A DNA stretch of 5,707 nt from a virus (lineage: Duplodnaviria > Heunggongvirae > Uroviricota > Caudoviricetes): the IMG/VR virus record IMGVR_UViG_2695420430_000007, one strand, 5' to 3'. The position numbers were made by a program, and so were the translations under genes. Below the pieces are notes generated by a model, which saw only the letters and a program-made list of their open reading frames with translations, did no database searches and had not been told where the DNA came from. Below, in pieces: positions 5,094-5,707 of this stretch (positions are counted from its first letter, which is position 1; every line of letters starts with the position of its first letter).

Positions 5094-5139
5094 CCGGTTT
5101 TGTTGTGATTGTGAGGTGAGAGTTTTTGCGAGGTGAGGA

Positions 5140-5649
5140 GTGGCTACGCAGACTGAAGTTGCCAGGCATTTAAGTCTGACCGATCGCCAGCTTCGCAGAT
5201 TGCAGAAATTGCCGGGTGCCCCGATATCGAATAAGCGAGGGCAACTGGATCTGGATGCCTGGCGCGATTTTTACATATCGTATCTGAGGAGAAGTAAAAA
5301 CGATGTGCCTGATGGCGATAGCGAAGACGACTATGAGGAGAAATTGCTTATTGCCAGATGGGAACTGACAGCAGAACAGGCTGTTACACAGCAGTTAAAA
5401 AATGAGGTGTCAAAAGGAAAACTTATTGACACCGGGTTCTGTATTTTTGCCCTCAGTAAGCTGGCAATGGCGTTATCCAGTACGCTTGATTCCATCCCTT
5501 TATCCATGCAGCGACAGTTTCCTGATTTAACACCGCGCCATCTTGACCATCTGAAAACCCTTATTGCGAAGGGGGCAGATCAGTGTGCGCGGGCAGGGGA
5601 TAAATTACCGGATTTACTCGATGAATATATCAGAGCAACAACTGAATAA
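5140..5649 (+). CDS. nu1: Terminase small subunit, Nu1-like (169 aa), GTG start
   Basis: C-terminal part (DTGFCIFALSKLAMALSSTLDSIPLSMQRQFPDLTPRHLDHLKTLIAKGADQCARAGDKLPDLLDEYI) aligns with lambda Nu1 as I recall it (ETAFCTFVLSRIAGEIASILDGLPLSVQRRFPELENRHVDFLKRDIIKAMNKAAALDELIPGLLSEYI). N-terminal ~50 residues are divergent. GTG at 5140 is the first start after an in-frame TGA; GAGG lies immediately upstream. Confidence 0.85.
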   Translation: MATQTEVARHLSLTDRQLRRLQKLPGAPISNKRGQLDLDAWRDFYISYLRRSKNDVPDGDSEDDYEEKLLIARWELTAEQAVTQQLKNEVSKGKLIDTGFCIFALSKLAMALSSTLDSIPLSMQRQFPDLTPRHLDHLKTLIAKGADQCARAGDKLPDLLDEYIRATTE

Positions 5650-5707
5650 TATGATGGCTGCCGTTTCGGTTGCGCTGCAGCCTCTGGTCAGGGTTGTACC
5701 AATGACG
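5621..5707 (+). CDS. A: Terminase large subunit (gpA-like), first 29 codons; continues past the window end
   Basis: ATG at 5621 in a different frame from Nu1, overlapping its last 29 nt as in lambda. Translation MNISEQQLNNMMAAVSVALQPLVRVVPMT shares the MNIS start with lambda gpA and has no stop to the window end. Confidence 0.6.
   Translation, partial: MNISEQQLNNMMAAVSVALQPLVRVVPMT

Noticed and set aside
4969-5169. Minus-strand ORF, 66 aa
   Set aside because: Lies across the cosB repeats and the TerS start; non-coding cos DNA read in an open frame.
1-5707. tRNA, rRNA, CRISPR array or IS element
   Set aside because: No cloverleaf-like conserved tRNA segments, no regularly spaced direct repeats with unique spacers, and no terminal inverted repeats flanking a transposase-like ORF. 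The only repeats are the tandem duplication and the hairpin family described above.

Overview
This window is the late (lysis-to-packaging) region of a lambdoid phage or prophage, a phage 21 / lambda mosaic, read left to right in the direction of late transcription. All family assignments below come from reading the translations against remembered reference proteins; no database search was run. In order: the 3' end of an unidentified upstream gene (1..215); an imperfect tandem duplication that leaves a truncated pinholin copy (508..627) and a fragment of the upstream gene (632..973); a possible late promoter and terminator; an S21-like pinholin (1421..1627); an AT-rich ~0.7 kb insert carrying an opposite-strand 104-aa ORF (1883..2197); a SAR endolysin (2315..2848); a terminator and a 37-aa membrane-peptide ORF abutting Rz; embedded Rz/Rz1 spanins (3184..3651 and 3404..3589); a ~0.45 kb gap with a T/G-rich tract; a PerC-like small basic protein (4117..4431); a bidirectional terminator; a YlcI-like small gene on the minus strand (4513..4737); a complete cos site with lambda-type cosN (4945..4956) but a distinct cosB repeat; a Nu1-like terminase small subunit (5140..5649); and the first 29 codons of the terminase large subunit (5621..5707). 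No tRNA, rRNA, CRISPR array or IS element was seen. The best candidates for undescribed biology are the opposite-strand ORF splitting holin from endolysin and the membrane peptide coupled to Rz; both are hypotheses.
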